This document shows, one piece after another, positions 10,065 to 21,696 of a stretch of 64,000 nt of DNA. This DNA comes from Alphaproteobacteria bacterium (GTDB lineage Bacteria; Pseudomonadota; Alphaproteobacteria; Puniceispirillales; Puniceispirillaceae). The position numbers and the translations under genes were made by a program. The DNA lies in the NCBI GenBank assembly GCA_038107835.1, contig JAYNHH010000009.1, forward strand, positions 9,190-73,189, given 5' to 3'. The number at the start of each line of letters is the position of its first letter. The stretch's first letter is position 1. The notes beneath the pieces are model-generated. The model was not told the DNA's origin and ran no database searches. It saw only the letters and a list, made by a program, of their open reading frames with translations.

Positions 10065-11330
10065 TCAGGAAGCAAGTCTGGCCGCCAGCGCCTCATTTGA
10101 CATGATGTCGACGGACGGCCCAACCGCCGCAAGGGCTGGGGGCGCGGTGGCAATCAGATGTGCGGCAAGCTGGCTGACACGCTCTTCAGTCACATCATCA
10201 ATCGCCGCCAGCAGCTCGGCATCGTCGCTCGGTTTGCCAAACAGCGTAATCTGCCGCGCTAACGCATCACCACAGCCAGCAACCGATTCGCGCGCCATCA
10301 ACAGCGAAGCGCGCAATTGCGCCTTGGCCCTGTTGACCTCGGCACCACTCACACCGCTGGCGACATCTCTCAGCTCATCACAGACAACACCAAGCATCTC
10401 ATCGACCTGATCAGCCGATGTTCCGGCATAAATAGCAAAGTTACCGCTGTCAGATTGCATGTTGGCAAAGGAGAAGATCGAATAGCAGAGACCACGCTTT
10501 TCACGGACCTGCTGGAACAGCCGCGATGACATGCCACCCCCGAACAGCGTGGACAGGGCCATCAGCGCGAATCTGTCTTCATCATTGGCGGCAAGGCCTG
10601 GCAGGCCAAGCACGACATGCGTCTGCTCAAGATCACGCTTGACGATCTGGCGTCCAGCCGACCAGACCGGCGCCTTGCGTGTCGTATCGGTGGCTGTCTG
10701 CAGGCCACCAAGCCGCCCTTCAATGCAGGCCACCAATTCATCCTGTGTCACCGCGCCTGCCGCGCAAACAAGCATCTGCCCCGCACCATAATGACGGCTA
10801 AAAAATCCACTGAGATCACCACGGCCAAAGTTGGAGACGGAGTCGATCGTTCCCAGAATCGGGCGACCCAGAGTGTGATCGACATAGGCCGATCTGGCAT
10901 ATAGATCGAACACAAGATCATCCGGTGTATCAATGGATTGACCGATCTCCTGAATGATCACACCGCGCTCACGCTCAATCTCAATTTCTGGCAACGTCGA
11001 TTCAGTCAGGATATCGGCCAGAATATCGACGCCAAGAGACAGATGTTCGGGCAGTAGCCGCAGGTAATAGGCGGTTTCCTCGCGGCTGGTATGGGCATTC
11101 ATGTAACCGCCAACATCCTCAACTTCAGTCGCAATCGCCTTGGCATCGCGGCGTTTTGTTCCCTTGAACGCCATATGTTCCAGCATATGGGCGATCCCCT
11201 GTTCGGCCTCACGCTCATCACGCGCGCCAGCCTTGACCCAGATCCCAACAGAAACAGATGTCGCGTGTGGCATATGCCGCGTTGCAACACGCAGACCGTT
11301 GGCAAGGGTTGAGAGCGTAGCAAGCGTCAT
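10065..11330 (-). CDS. M16 family zinc peptidase (pitrilysin-like)
   Basis: 421 aa with the inverted zinc motif GIAHMLEHMAFKGT (HxxEH). Start overlaps the thrC stop. Confidence 0.85.
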   Translation of the reverse strand: MTLATLSTLANGLRVATRHMPHATSVSVGIWVKAGARDEREAEQGIAHMLEHMAFKGTKRRDAKAIATEVEDVGGYMNAHTSREETAYYLRLLPEHLSLGVDILADILTESTLPEIEIERERGVIIQEIGQSIDTPDDLVFDLYARSAYVDHTLGRPILGTIDSVSNFGRGDLSGFFSRHYGAGQMLVCAAGAVTQDELVACIEGRLGGLQTATDTTRKAPVWSAGRQIVKRDLEQTHVVLGLPGLAANDEDRFALMALSTLFGGGMSSRLFQQVREKRGLCYSIFSFANMQSDSGNFAIYAGTSADQVDEMLGVVCDELRDVASGVSGAEVNRAKAQLRASLLMARESVAGCGDALARQITLFGKPSDDAELLAAIDDVTEERVSQLAAHLIATAPPALAAVGPSVDIMSNEALAARLAS

Positions 11331-12736
11331 AGGCTGCGCTTCTTTTCAAGAACCAGGGCCTTAACCGCAGCATCACTCGCCTCGATCATATGTTTACGCT
11401 CCGGGCGCTGCATCAGATCGGCAAGATGCGCTGGCAGAGCTGGCACCGTTCCAGTTGCCTTTTGGACCGCGTCCTGGAATTTTGCCGGGTGTGCGCAGGC
11501 AAGTGCCACCACCGGCGTGCCATCTGGCAGCGTTCCGTCAGCGATGGCTCGCCGCGCGGCAGAAACACCAACCGCGCTGTGGGGGTCAAGCACCATCCCA
11601 TCATCATGGCTGGTGCTGGCGATCTCCGCCAGGGTGCCGGCGTCATCAAGGCGATAGGCAGAAAACAGCGAACGCGCCTCCGCCATCACAGTCTCCGATA
11701 GGGCAAATTTACCAGTTGCGGCAAAATCAGCCATCACGCGGGCAGTTTCAGCCCCATCACGGCCCAACAATTCAAACAGAAGACGTTCAAAATTGCTGGA
11801 AACCTGAATGTCCATCGATGGGCTGAGTGAGGGGTTAACCGCCTCACGCTGCATTGCCCCTTGTTCAAAGAAGCGGGTCAGGATGTCATTCTGATTTGAG
11901 GCTACGATCAGTCGTTCGATCGGCAGGCCCATCTGCATCGCCACATATCCGGCAAAGACATTGCCAAAATTGCCAGTTGGCACCGAAAAGGCCACCTTCT
12001 GCTGAGGCGCACCAAGTTCCAGTGCTGCAGAAAAATAATAGACGATCTGCGGCATCAGACGTGCCCAATTGATCGAATTGACAGCAGAGAGATTGACGCT
12101 GTCACGAAAGTCATGCTGGTTGAAGAGCTGTTTGACGATCGCCTGACAATCGTCAAAATCACCACGCACGGCAACAGCATTGGCACCTTCGGCAATGACC
12201 GATGTCATCTGGCGTTGCTGAACGGGTGACACGCGACCCTCGGGAAACAGAATGAACACGTCAATCGCATCGCGCCCCTGAAAGGCCTCAAGCGCAGCTG
12301 ACCCGGTGTCGCCACTGGTGGCACCCAGAATAACCGCCTGTTGCGACGAGCGTTGCAGCGCACGGTCAAAGGCGCGCGCCAGAAACTGCATCGCATAGTC
12401 CTTGAAGGCAATGGTTGGGCCGTGAAACAATTCCAGCACATGGATATCACCAGTCAGATGACGCAGAGGTGCCACCGCCGGGTCGTCAAAGCCGGCATAG
12501 GCATCGCCAGCCATCGCCGTCAGCTCATCGGCCTCAATCTCGCCATCGGTGAAGCGTGCCATGATGAGACCGGCAAGTTCCGGATATGAAAGGCCACGCA
12601 TCGCCGCAATTTCCTCAGCAGAAAAGCGTGGATAGGAAGTTGGCAGATAGAGGCCACCATCACGCGCAAGACCGCTCAGCAGAGCCTCTTCATAGCCAAG
12701 TGGGCCGTCATTGCCTCTCGTGCTGATATATTTCAC
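11327..12736 (-). CDS. thrC: Threonine synthase
   Basis: 469 aa. N-terminus MKYISTRG and PLP-lysine region FHGPTIAFKDYAMQF, plus SGDTGSAA. Confidence 0.93.
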   Translation of the reverse strand: MKYISTRGNDGPLGYEEALLSGLARDGGLYLPTSYPRFSAEEIAAMRGLSYPELAGLIMARFTDGEIEADELTAMAGDAYAGFDDPAVAPLRHLTGDIHVLELFHGPTIAFKDYAMQFLARAFDRALQRSSQQAVILGATSGDTGSAALEAFQGRDAIDVFILFPEGRVSPVQQRQMTSVIAEGANAVAVRGDFDDCQAIVKQLFNQHDFRDSVNLSAVNSINWARLMPQIVYYFSAALELGAPQQKVAFSVPTGNFGNVFAGYVAMQMGLPIERLIVASNQNDILTRFFEQGAMQREAVNPSLSPSMDIQVSSNFERLLFELLGRDGAETARVMADFAATGKFALSETVMAEARSLFSAYRLDDAGTLAEIASTSHDDGMVLDPHSAVGVSAARRAIADGTLPDGTPVVALACAHPAKFQDAVQKATGTVPALPAHLADLMQRPERKHMIEASDAAVKALVLEKKRSL

Positions 12737-13485
12737 TGCTGCGCCCCCCCGTCGTCGTCATGGCCACGGCCAAAGGACAGCCTTCCCGCCTGATGATGGA
12801 ATGCCAGATATACGCCAATCAAGGCCAGCGCAATACCATACCATGTGACTGCATAGCTGAGATGTGAATTGCGTAGGTTCAATTTTGTACGCGCCGCGAT
12901 TGGCAGCTTCACCACATCACCGGTACGAATTGTTGCGGCATAGACTGATGTGACCGCCTGTGATGACAGGCCCAGATGCGCAACGATCTGCGCGGGTACG
13001 AGGGTGAACCAAAAGCCGTTCTCCGCCTCATTTTCCGGAACGAAATAGCCCTTCTTGCCGGGAAAGCGCAAAATGGCATCAAGCGTGACTTCGCCCTCAA
13101 CAAGGGTGAAAGGGCGCTTTTCAGGATCTCGGTAGGTTTCGGATACCCAGCCCCGATTAACCAGAACGATGCGGCCATCGCGCAAGGTAAAAGGCGTCAC
13201 GATGTGAAAGCCGGCATTGCCCTCATAGGTGCGGCCGGTCATAAAAGTTTCCCTGCTGTGATCAAATCTGCCAACAAGACGCAGCCGGCGGAATTCAAGT
13301 TCCGCAGTTACCTCGCCTGCAAGCGGAAACTCGATTGGCGGCGCGGATGAGCGCTGCTCAAAGCTGGCAATCAGATCGTTTTTCCACTCAAGGCGCTGTA
13401 CCTGCCATGTACCAAGCGCCAACAGCATCAGCAGCGCAGGGAGGGCAAAGAATGTGGGCCAGAAAAGAGGTCGTAATCGTATCAT
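12733..13485 (-). CDS. SURF1 family cytochrome oxidase biogenesis protein
   Basis: MIRLRPLFWPTFFALPALLMLLALGTWQVQRLEWK and a C-terminal TM helix (YAVTWYGIALALIGVYL). The ORF-track start 13581 would run through the terminator at 13564-13591, so ATG 13485 is preferred. Confidence 0.85.
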   Translation of the reverse strand: MIRLRPLFWPTFFALPALLMLLALGTWQVQRLEWKNDLIASFEQRSSAPPIEFPLAGEVTAELEFRRLRLVGRFDHSRETFMTGRTYEGNAGFHIVTPFTLRDGRIVLVNRGWVSETYRDPEKRPFTLVEGEVTLDAILRFPGKKGYFVPENEAENGFWFTLVPAQIVAHLGLSSQAVTSVYAATIRTGDVVKLPIAARTKLNLRNSHLSYAVTWYGIALALIGVYLAFHHQAGRLSFGRGHDDDGGAQQ

Positions 13486-13563
13486 CTTAAATCCGCAGAG
13501 GTGTTTACCTGCTCGTACCGCATCACCCGGGGCGCGGCAAGTGCCAAACGGCAGGCCTGACGT

Positions 13564-13591
13564 AAAAAGGAGCGCCTGCAACAGGCGCTCC
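13564..13591 (-). terminator. Intrinsic terminator downstream of ctaE
   Basis: On the minus strand: GGAGCGCC-UGUUGCA-GGCGCUCC (8-bp GC-rich stem) followed by UUUUU. About 40 nt after the ctaE stop. Confidence 0.6.
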
Positions 13592-13628
13592 CCGGCATTG
13601 GTTATAGGTAAGCGCTAAGCCCACCCGA

Positions 13629-14414
13629 TCAACCGCCCCACCAATATACAGCGGCAAACAGGAACAGCCAGACGACATCGACGAAATGCCAGTACCACGC
13701 AGCAGCCTCAAAACCGAAATGCTGTTCAGGCGTGAAGTGACCGGCCCGCCCCCGCAACCAGCAAACGGCAAGGAACAAGGTGCCAACAAGAACATGGAAA
13801 CCATGAAAGCCAGTCGCCATGTAGAACACCGACGGATAGACACCATCAGTAAAGCCAAACGGTGCATGGCTGTATTCAAGCGCCTGCAGGGCCGTGAACA
13901 GAACACCCAGACCAACGGTCATTCCAAGTCCGGTCATGAAATCCTTGCGGTTGCCATGCTGCAGCGCGTGGTGTGCCCATGTGACCGTACAACCGGACAG
14001 CAGCAGGACCAGCGTGTTGATCAGCGGCAAATCAAATGGATCGAAGGTGGTGATGCCCTCTGGCGGCCACACACCACCGACTGGAAACAGCGCCCGGTCA
14101 AAGAAAGCCCAGAAAAACGCGACGAAGAACATGACCTCGGAAGCAATGAACAGCATCATGCCATAGCGCATACCGATCTGAACGACCGAAGTGTGATGCC
14201 CCTGATACTCAGCCTCACGGATGATGTCACGCCACCACATATACATTGTCATCAAGACAAGGGCAAAGCCAAGGCCAAGAACGGCAACGCCATACTGAAC
14301 CTCGTGCATATACATGACGCCACCGACAGCCGCAGTAAAGGCCGCCGCCGACCCCACAGCAGGCCATGGGCTGGCTTCAACAAGGTGATAAGGGTGTTTG
14401 TTCGCACCACTCAT
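13629..14414 (-). CDS. ctaE: Cytochrome c oxidase subunit III
   Basis: HPYHLVEASPWP, seven-helix pattern and ...WYWHFVDVVWLFLF motif. Start re-called to MSGANKHPYHLV. Confidence 0.93.
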   Translation of the reverse strand: MSGANKHPYHLVEASPWPAVGSAAAFTAAVGGVMYMHEVQYGVAVLGLGFALVLMTMYMWWRDIIREAEYQGHHTSVVQIGMRYGMMLFIASEVMFFVAFFWAFFDRALFPVGGVWPPEGITTFDPFDLPLINTLVLLLSGCTVTWAHHALQHGNRKDFMTGLGMTVGLGVLFTALQALEYSHAPFGFTDGVYPSVFYMATGFHGFHVLVGTLFLAVCWLRGRAGHFTPEQHFGFEAAAWYWHFVDVVWLFLFAAVYWWGG

Positions 14415-14474
14415 TTTCGTCTCCTTTAAATCTGACTGACAGCTGCCAGTCACCTCTCCACGATTTCATTTATC

Positions 14475-15050
14475 CTAACTTTTTGTCCCCGCAAGTGCAG
14501 GAAAGAATGTGTAGGACAGGATAATTTCTTTGATTTCGGCGGTATCAACGCTCTCCACAATCGCCGGGTCAATGAAGAACCGTACCGGCATCAGCACTGA
14601 CTCGCCCGGCGCGAGCGCCTGTTCAATGAAACAGAAGCAATCAAGTTTCATGAAATGTGGGCCAGCCTTCACCGGTGTCACATTGAATGTTGATGTACCG
14701 ACGGATCGCACGTCACCAAGGTTTGTCGCCCGGTAATTGATAATGACTTCCTCGCCGGGGTTTAGTGTTACTGGCGCGTCAACAGGCTCAAACCGCCAGT
14801 TCAATGACGGATTGACGTTGGCGTCAAAGCGTACCTTGACGGGGTGATCAATGATGATGGCATCGGCATTCTCCGTCACAACCTGGGTTGTTCCACCGTA
14901 ACCGGTAACGCGGCAGAACAGGTCGTAAAGCGGCACCGACGCATAGGCAAGACCAACCATCGCCACGACAAGCAACGCCAGCACCGTCAAGGTGCGCCGA
15001 TTTCCCTGCGCCTGCTGATCAATCTGTGGCCGAATGGTCTGCGTTGTCAT
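14475..15050 (-). CDS. ctaG: Cytochrome c oxidase assembly protein CtaG/Cox11
   Basis: 191 aa with an N-terminal TM helix, YDLFCRVTGYGGT and the copper-binding CFCF motif (KLDCFCFIEQ). Confidence 0.9.
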   Translation of the reverse strand: MTTQTIRPQIDQQAQGNRRTLTVLALLVVAMVGLAYASVPLYDLFCRVTGYGGTTQVVTENADAIIIDHPVKVRFDANVNPSLNWRFEPVDAPVTLNPGEEVIINYRATNLGDVRSVGTSTFNVTPVKAGPHFMKLDCFCFIEQALAPGESVLMPVRFFIDPAIVESVDTAEIKEIILSYTFFPALAGTKS

Positions 15051-15190
15051 GAACCGCTCCCAACCCTGACAATGGTCAGCGCATAGAACAGCACCACCAG
15101 CAGCACAATGGCACCCAGCAGCGCGAGATTGCGGCTGCGACGCATTTTCTGCATTTCTTCTGCGGTCTTTGGCTGCGGGCGCTCGGTCAT
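15047..15190 (-). CDS. Unlisted small membrane ORF (47 aa) between ctaB and ctaG
   Basis: My own translation: [47 protein letters not shown]. One TM helix. Its ATG overlaps the ctaB TGA (ATGA at 15187-15190) and its TGA overlaps the ctaG ATG (ATGA at 15047-15050). Below the ORF-track length cut-off. Confidence 0.5.
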   Translation of the reverse strand: MTERPQPKTAEEMQKMRRSRNLALLGAIVLLVVLFYALTIVRVGSGS

Positions 15191-16122
15191 GATGTCATTC
15201 CGGATAGCAGAAATTGCTGGATGGCGCGGTCGGCAACGAGCGCCAGGAACAGAACGAAAAGATACAGGATCGAAAAGCCGAACAGCCGCCTTGCCACCGC
15301 ATGGTCACCTGAGCGGAACAGCTGCCATGACAGATAGACAAACAGCGCACCCGCAGCGCCAGCAAGACCGGCGTAAAGGACTGACGCCATACCGATAAAC
15401 CAGGGGGCGACACCCAAGGGCGCAAGCAGCACCGCGTAGATCAGGATCTGTCTGCGTGTCTCCATCTCGCCGGCAACAACGGGCAGCATCGGCACATTCG
15501 CCCGTGTGTAATCCTCATTGCGGAACAGCGCCAGCGCCCAGAAATGCGGCGGTGTCCACATGAAAATCAGGGCAAACAGCAGCAAAGGCTCAACCGACAG
15601 GCTGCCGGTCACAGCGGCCCAGCCAATAACCGGTGGCAGCGCTCCCGCGGCACCACCAATGACAATATTCTGCGGTGTGCGCCGTTTCAGCCAGATGGTG
15701 TAGACAACACCATAGAAGAAAATGGTAAAGGCAAGCAGGCCAGCTGCCAGCCAGTTGGCGGCAAGTCCAAGCACCAGAACCGACAGGGCGGAGATAACAA
15801 GCCCCATGGTCAGGGCCTCGGCGGGTTCCATCAATCCAGCCGGAATGGGCCTTGATTGGGTCCGTGTCATCACCGCATCAATGTCACGATCATACCATTG
15901 ATTGATCGCCCCGGAAGCGCCAGCACCAGCGGCAATGGCAAACAGGGAAATCACAAAGACAAGGGGATGAATGTCACCTGGAGCAAGATACATTCCGGCA
16001 AAACCGGTGAAGATCACAAGGCTCATCACCCGCGGCTTGAGCAATGACCAGAAATCACCCACCGATGGCACCCGAAGCACATCTGTATCGGCAGTAATAT
16101 TCTGATCTGTACTCACAGCCAT
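15187..16122 (-). CDS. ctaB: Protoheme IX farnesyltransferase (heme O synthase)
   Basis: 311 aa polytopic UbiA-superfamily protein with [21 protein letters not shown]. Sits in the cta cluster. Confidence 0.93.
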   Translation of the reverse strand: MAVSTDQNITADTDVLRVPSVGDFWSLLKPRVMSLVIFTGFAGMYLAPGDIHPLVFVISLFAIAAGAGASGAINQWYDRDIDAVMTRTQSRPIPAGLMEPAEALTMGLVISALSVLVLGLAANWLAAGLLAFTIFFYGVVYTIWLKRRTPQNIVIGGAAGALPPVIGWAAVTGSLSVEPLLLFALIFMWTPPHFWALALFRNEDYTRANVPMLPVVAGEMETRRQILIYAVLLAPLGVAPWFIGMASVLYAGLAGAAGALFVYLSWQLFRSGDHAVARRLFGFSILYLFVLFLALVADRAIQQFLLSGMTS

Positions 16123-16178
16123 TATCCAGCTCCATCAAAGAAGAGGGAAGCGCCCTTGTGGGCGCTTCCGTAGGTTTG

Positions 16179-17786
<1,608 letters not shown>

Positions 17787-18674
17787 TTAATTGGCCGAGG
17801 CCAGTTTGAGGGTTTCAGGGTTGACGAGCCTGTCATCCATCGCGAATTCCTCGCGCGCTGATGACAACCACGCATCATATTCAGCCCGTGGCAGCGCCCG
17901 GACCTCGATCGGCATGTAGGCGTGATTTACGCCACAAATCTGATTGCACTGGCCATAATAGATCTGTTTCCCGGCCGGAACGTCAATCCACACCTCATTG
18001 GTGCGGCCAATGAAAGCGTAGACCTGCACGGCAAGCGACGGCACGAAGAATGAATGCATCACGTCATTGCCAGTGATCAACAGCTTGATCCGGGTGTTCT
18101 CGGGAACAACCATCGGATTGTCGACGGACAGAAGCCTGATCTGGCCTTCCTGAAGGTCGGCCTCATCGACGAGATAGCTGTCGAAGGCAATGCCATCATC
18201 TGGGTATTCATAATTCCAGTACCACTGGTTGCCTGTCACCTTGATCACCATGTCGGTGTCGGCAGTGCGGTCGAGATAATAGAGCAGGCGGAAAGACGGG
18301 ATCGCGATACCGACAAGTATGACCACCGGGATCACTGTCCACAGTATCTCAATGACTGTGTTGTGCGACGTCTTTGACGGGTTGGGGTTGGCGCTGGCGC
18401 GGAAGCGAATTCCGACATACACAAGCAATCCAAGGACAAACAGCGAAATCAGCGTAATGACGACGAGCAGCAGATTATGCAGGTCGGTCGCCATTTCGGC
18501 GATCGAACCAGCCGGTGGCTGCAGATCCATCTGCCACGGCTCCGGCTTCGCGGCATGTGCACCGGAGGCGCCCAGCAACACGCCGACGGATGCAAGCAAA
18601 GCAGCCGAATATCTGCATGCCGCGCCCAGCGCAAACGCTGCCAAGCCTGAAATTGATTTGGCTAGAAATGCCAT
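17787..18674 (-). CDS. ctaC: Cytochrome c oxidase subunit II
   Basis: Two TM helices and CuA site HSFFVP...GQCNQICGVNHAYMP. Start re-called to MAFLAKS (the ORF track gives 18749). Confidence 0.92.
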   Translation of the reverse strand: MAFLAKSISGLAAFALGAACRYSAALLASVGVLLGASGAHAAKPEPWQMDLQPPAGSIAEMATDLHNLLLVVITLISLFVLGLLVYVGIRFRASANPNPSKTSHNTVIEILWTVIPVVILVGIAIPSFRLLYYLDRTADTDMVIKVTGNQWYWNYEYPDDGIAFDSYLVDEADLQEGQIRLLSVDNPMVVPENTRIKLLITGNDVMHSFFVPSLAVQVYAFIGRTNEVWIDVPAGKQIYYGQCNQICGVNHAYMPIEVRALPRAEYDAWLSSAREEFAMDDRLVNPETLKLASAN

Positions 18675-18968
18675 GGATTTTTCTCCCACAATTCGATTGA
18701 CCACATCACGGGTCTTGTCGCGGTCGCAAACTGCATAAACTGACCGCATTGGACGCCCTTAATTAGACTGATTCGCGGCAATAGAAAAGCCCCATGCGGC
18801 TACCTGTCGCTATAATTTTCATCTTTTTTTTCCTTTTTGCCGAGGCTGGCATTTTGCCCGTCGCAAACTTGCCGGGCAAATTGGATTATAATCTTGAAAT
18901 TCGCGCTTTCTGCCCCCATCCTCTTGACGTCTACGATGCACGGTATTTTTTCGTAACCTATTGATATA

Positions 18969-20420
18969 TTGGAAAACACAATGGACCATCTGGCGCAAAC
19001 AGACGATATATTCTTCACCGGAACAAATCTGGAGCAGGACAAGGCACAGCAAATCGTGCGACAGGCGCTCGCTGGCGCTGATGATGGTGAATTATTTCTG
19101 GAGATGCGGCATTCGGAAATGCTTGCCTTCGATGATGGCCGGTTGAAGTCGGCCAGCTATGATCAGTCCAGTGGTTTCGGTCTGCGAGCAATCGCCGGCG
19201 AAGCCCATGGCTATGCCCATGCCGGTGAGTTGAGCGAGGCGGCCCTGCGCCGGGCAGCGGCGAGCGTTGGCGCCGTGACCAAGGGGTACAATGGAACGGC
19301 GGCACTCGCCCCGGTGGCCGGCAGTAACCGCCCGCTCTATGGCGATGGCAACCCGCTGAATGAGATGCCGTTCGATGCGAAAGTCAGCCTGTTGCAGGAA
19401 ATCGACACCTTTGCCAGAGCCGCAGACCCGAGGGTGGTACAGGTCAGCGCGAGCCTCGCCGGTTCCTGGCAGGCAGTGCAGATCATGCGCGCAGATGGTG
19501 AGCGTGTGGCCGACATCCGTCCCCTCGTTCGGATCAATGTGTCAGTCGTTGTTGAACAGGATGGCCGCATGGAATCCGGCTCTGCTGGAGCTGGCGGTCG
19601 GGTGATGTTTGATCAATATATGCAGCCAGAGTCATGGCAGCCACAGGTTCACGAAGCGCTGCGCATAGCAACGCTCAATCTGGACTCAGTTGCCGCTCCG
19701 GCAGGAGAAATGGAAATCGTGCTTGGTGCCGGCTGGCCCGGGGTTATGCTGCATGAAGCGGTTGGCCACGGTCTTGAAGGGGATTTCAACCGCAAGGGCA
19801 CATCAGTTTTCAGCGGCCGCGTTGGCGAGCAGGTCGCATCGAAAGGCGTCACCGTGGTTGATGATGGCACCATGATGGACCGGCGTGGCTCAATCACCGT
19901 CGATGATGAGGGCACACAGTCCCGCCGCAATGTATTGATCGAGGATGGCATTCTGCGCGGCTATATGCAGGACCGGCAGAATGCGCGTCTGATGGGCGTT
20001 GAGGCGACGGGCAACGGCCGGCGTCAATCCTATGAACATGCGCCGATGCCGCGGATGACGAACACTTTCATGGAGAGTGGCACGGATAACCCCGAAGAGA
20101 TTGTCGCCTCGATCAAGAAGGGCATTTATGCGGTCAATTTCGGTGGTGGTCAGGTTGATATCACCTCGGGCAAATTCGTCTTTTCAGCTTCCGAGGCCTA
20201 TCTCGTCGAGAATGGCAAGATCGGCGCGCCGGTGAAAGGGGCCACGCTGATTGGCAATGGGCCAGATGCAATGTCAAAGATTTCCATGATTGGCAACGAC
20301 ATGGCGCTGGATGACGGGGTTGGGACATGTGGCAAAGCGGGCCAATCGGTGCCGGTGGGCGTTGGCCAGCCAACTGTGAAAATGGGTGGTGTCACGGTCG
20401 GCGGCACAGAGGCGGCGTAG
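18969..20420 (+). CDS. tldD: Metalloprotease TldD
   Basis: 483 aa with the HEAVGHGLEGD motif and a C-terminal GxC...GQ region typical of the TldD/PmbA fold. Confidence 0.9.
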   Translation: MENTMDHLAQTDDIFFTGTNLEQDKAQQIVRQALAGADDGELFLEMRHSEMLAFDDGRLKSASYDQSSGFGLRAIAGEAHGYAHAGELSEAALRRAAASVGAVTKGYNGTAALAPVAGSNRPLYGDGNPLNEMPFDAKVSLLQEIDTFARAADPRVVQVSASLAGSWQAVQIMRADGERVADIRPLVRINVSVVVEQDGRMESGSAGAGGRVMFDQYMQPESWQPQVHEALRIATLNLDSVAAPAGEMEIVLGAGWPGVMLHEAVGHGLEGDFNRKGTSVFSGRVGEQVASKGVTVVDDGTMMDRRGSITVDDEGTQSRRNVLIEDGILRGYMQDRQNARLMGVEATGNGRRQSYEHAPMPRMTNTFMESGTDNPEEIVASIKKGIYAVNFGGGQVDITSGKFVFSASEAYLVENGKIGAPVKGATLIGNGPDAMSKISMIGNDMALDDGVGTCGKAGQSVPVGVGQPTVKMGGVTVGGTEAA

Positions 20421-20422
20421 CG

Positions 20423-21607
20423 TCAGGCTGGACGCCGGAGATATGGCACCAGACAGACCAACAGCAACGTCACGACGGCACCAAAGCCAAACGGAAATTG
20501 CGACCCGCCAAGATCATAAAGCGGTCCAGCAACGCTCAGCCCGACGACCTGTCCAAGCGAACCGAAGCCTTGAATCGTTCCTAGCGATCCTCCCCGCACG
20601 GTCTCACCCGCAATCTTGCTGACGGCAGCGGTGATTGCTGGTGTCGACAGGGCAAAGCCGAAACAGATGGCCGTTGCCCCCAGCAAAGTCTGCAATAAGG
20701 GATAGGCATTGCCGACAAAGAGACCTGTGACAAACAGTACGGTGGCAATCTGACCAAGCGCCAAAAGGCAGGTGCCAAGAAGGGTTGTTCCCACCTCGCC
20801 AAAGCGGGACACGACACTTTTGATCAACACTGCCTGAACGACAATGATGCAGACACCGATATAGGTGAACAGCCAGCCAGTCTCGATGGCACCAAAGCCG
20901 AGATAGTCACGCAGCACCAGAACAAAGGACGCCTCAACCTGTGCAAATGAGAGATTCAACGCCAACGAGGCAAGTGCATACAGCGCCAATGGTGAGGCCA
21001 TCAGGGCACGCAGGCGAGACACAGCTGTGCCAGCATCCCCTCGCTGTTCGGGCGTCAGCCGCTCACGATCAACACCTTTCAGCCAGCTGGTCATAAACAG
21101 GGCGACAAAGGCAAAACCCGACGCCATCAGAAAGGGAACCTGATAGAGCGGTCCATTGCCAAAATGGCTCAGCAACCCGCCAAGCGCCGGGCCGGCGACA
21201 AAGCCAACGCCAATGGCTGCGCCCAGCAACCCCATATATTGCGCCCGCTTTTCAAGTGACGTGCGGTCGGTAATCATCGCCTGAATGACACCTGTATTTC
21301 CAGACCCTATGCCAGCCAGGATACGCGCCAGAAACAGCTGCCACAGCTGGTCAGACATGGCGAACCAGAAATGCGCAACCCCGGTCAGGGCCAGCGAAAA
21401 AAACAGCACGCGGCGGCGGCCAATATGATCAGACAACCGACCCAGAATGGGGTTCGCAACAAACATGGCCAGAGCAAAGGATGCCAACAGCAGGGTCATC
21501 ACACTGGCCGGCTGGCCCATCGATTCCAAGATCGTGTAGGGAAGAATGGGAATCAGAGCCCCGACGCCAACAAAATTGATACAGACAATCAACAGTAAAA
21601 CGGGCAT
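20423..21607 (-). CDS. MFS transporter
   Basis: 394 aa with about 12 predicted helices. MFS loop motif GRLSDHIGRRRV between TM2 and TM3. Confidence 0.75.
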   Translation of the reverse strand: MPVLLLIVCINFVGVGALIPILPYTILESMGQPASVMTLLLASFALAMFVANPILGRLSDHIGRRRVLFFSLALTGVAHFWFAMSDQLWQLFLARILAGIGSGNTGVIQAMITDRTSLEKRAQYMGLLGAAIGVGFVAGPALGGLLSHFGNGPLYQVPFLMASGFAFVALFMTSWLKGVDRERLTPEQRGDAGTAVSRLRALMASPLALYALASLALNLSFAQVEASFVLVLRDYLGFGAIETGWLFTYIGVCIIVVQAVLIKSVVSRFGEVGTTLLGTCLLALGQIATVLFVTGLFVGNAYPLLQTLLGATAICFGFALSTPAITAAVSKIAGETVRGGSLGTIQGFGSLGQVVGLSVAGPLYDLGGSQFPFGFGAVVTLLLVCLVPYLRRPA

Positions 21608-21696
21608 TACAGCAGCCTATAAAATCCTGTCAGCAACGTTACGCAACAATGTATGCAGCCGTGGCACACTGATCATGTCGGCAGGCAATCTGCACA

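Noticed and set aside
10048-10069. Direct repeat CAAAATCAGG-CC-CAAAATCAGG between yqgE and the M16 peptidase gene.
   Set aside because: It has only two 10-nt copies, the second overlaps the peptidase stop codon, and there is no further array or structure. It is too small to interpret.
12733-13581. N-terminal extensions in the ORF track. Affected ORFs: SURF1 13581, prx 7456, ubiA 23687, rluB 39120, pmbA 26753, DUF374 31819, GT9 31919, yqaA 49462, dsbB-like 49899, irr 56863, DMT 56751, rnhA 6163, ctaC 18749.
   Set aside because: The extensions overlap neighbouring genes, a tRNA or a terminator, and lack family-typical sequence. Internal ATGs reproduce the canonical N-termini of each family.
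18750-18968. ctaC-tldD divergent spacer: T/A tracts and the inverted repeat TTTGCCCG-N12-CGGGCAAA (about 18864-18891) as a regulator site or sRNA.
   Set aside because: There is no terminator-like end, no recognisable FNR/FixK (TTGAT-N4-ATCAA) or other box, and only an 8-bp-arm repeat with a long spacer. This is insufficient to call anything beyond a generic promoter region.
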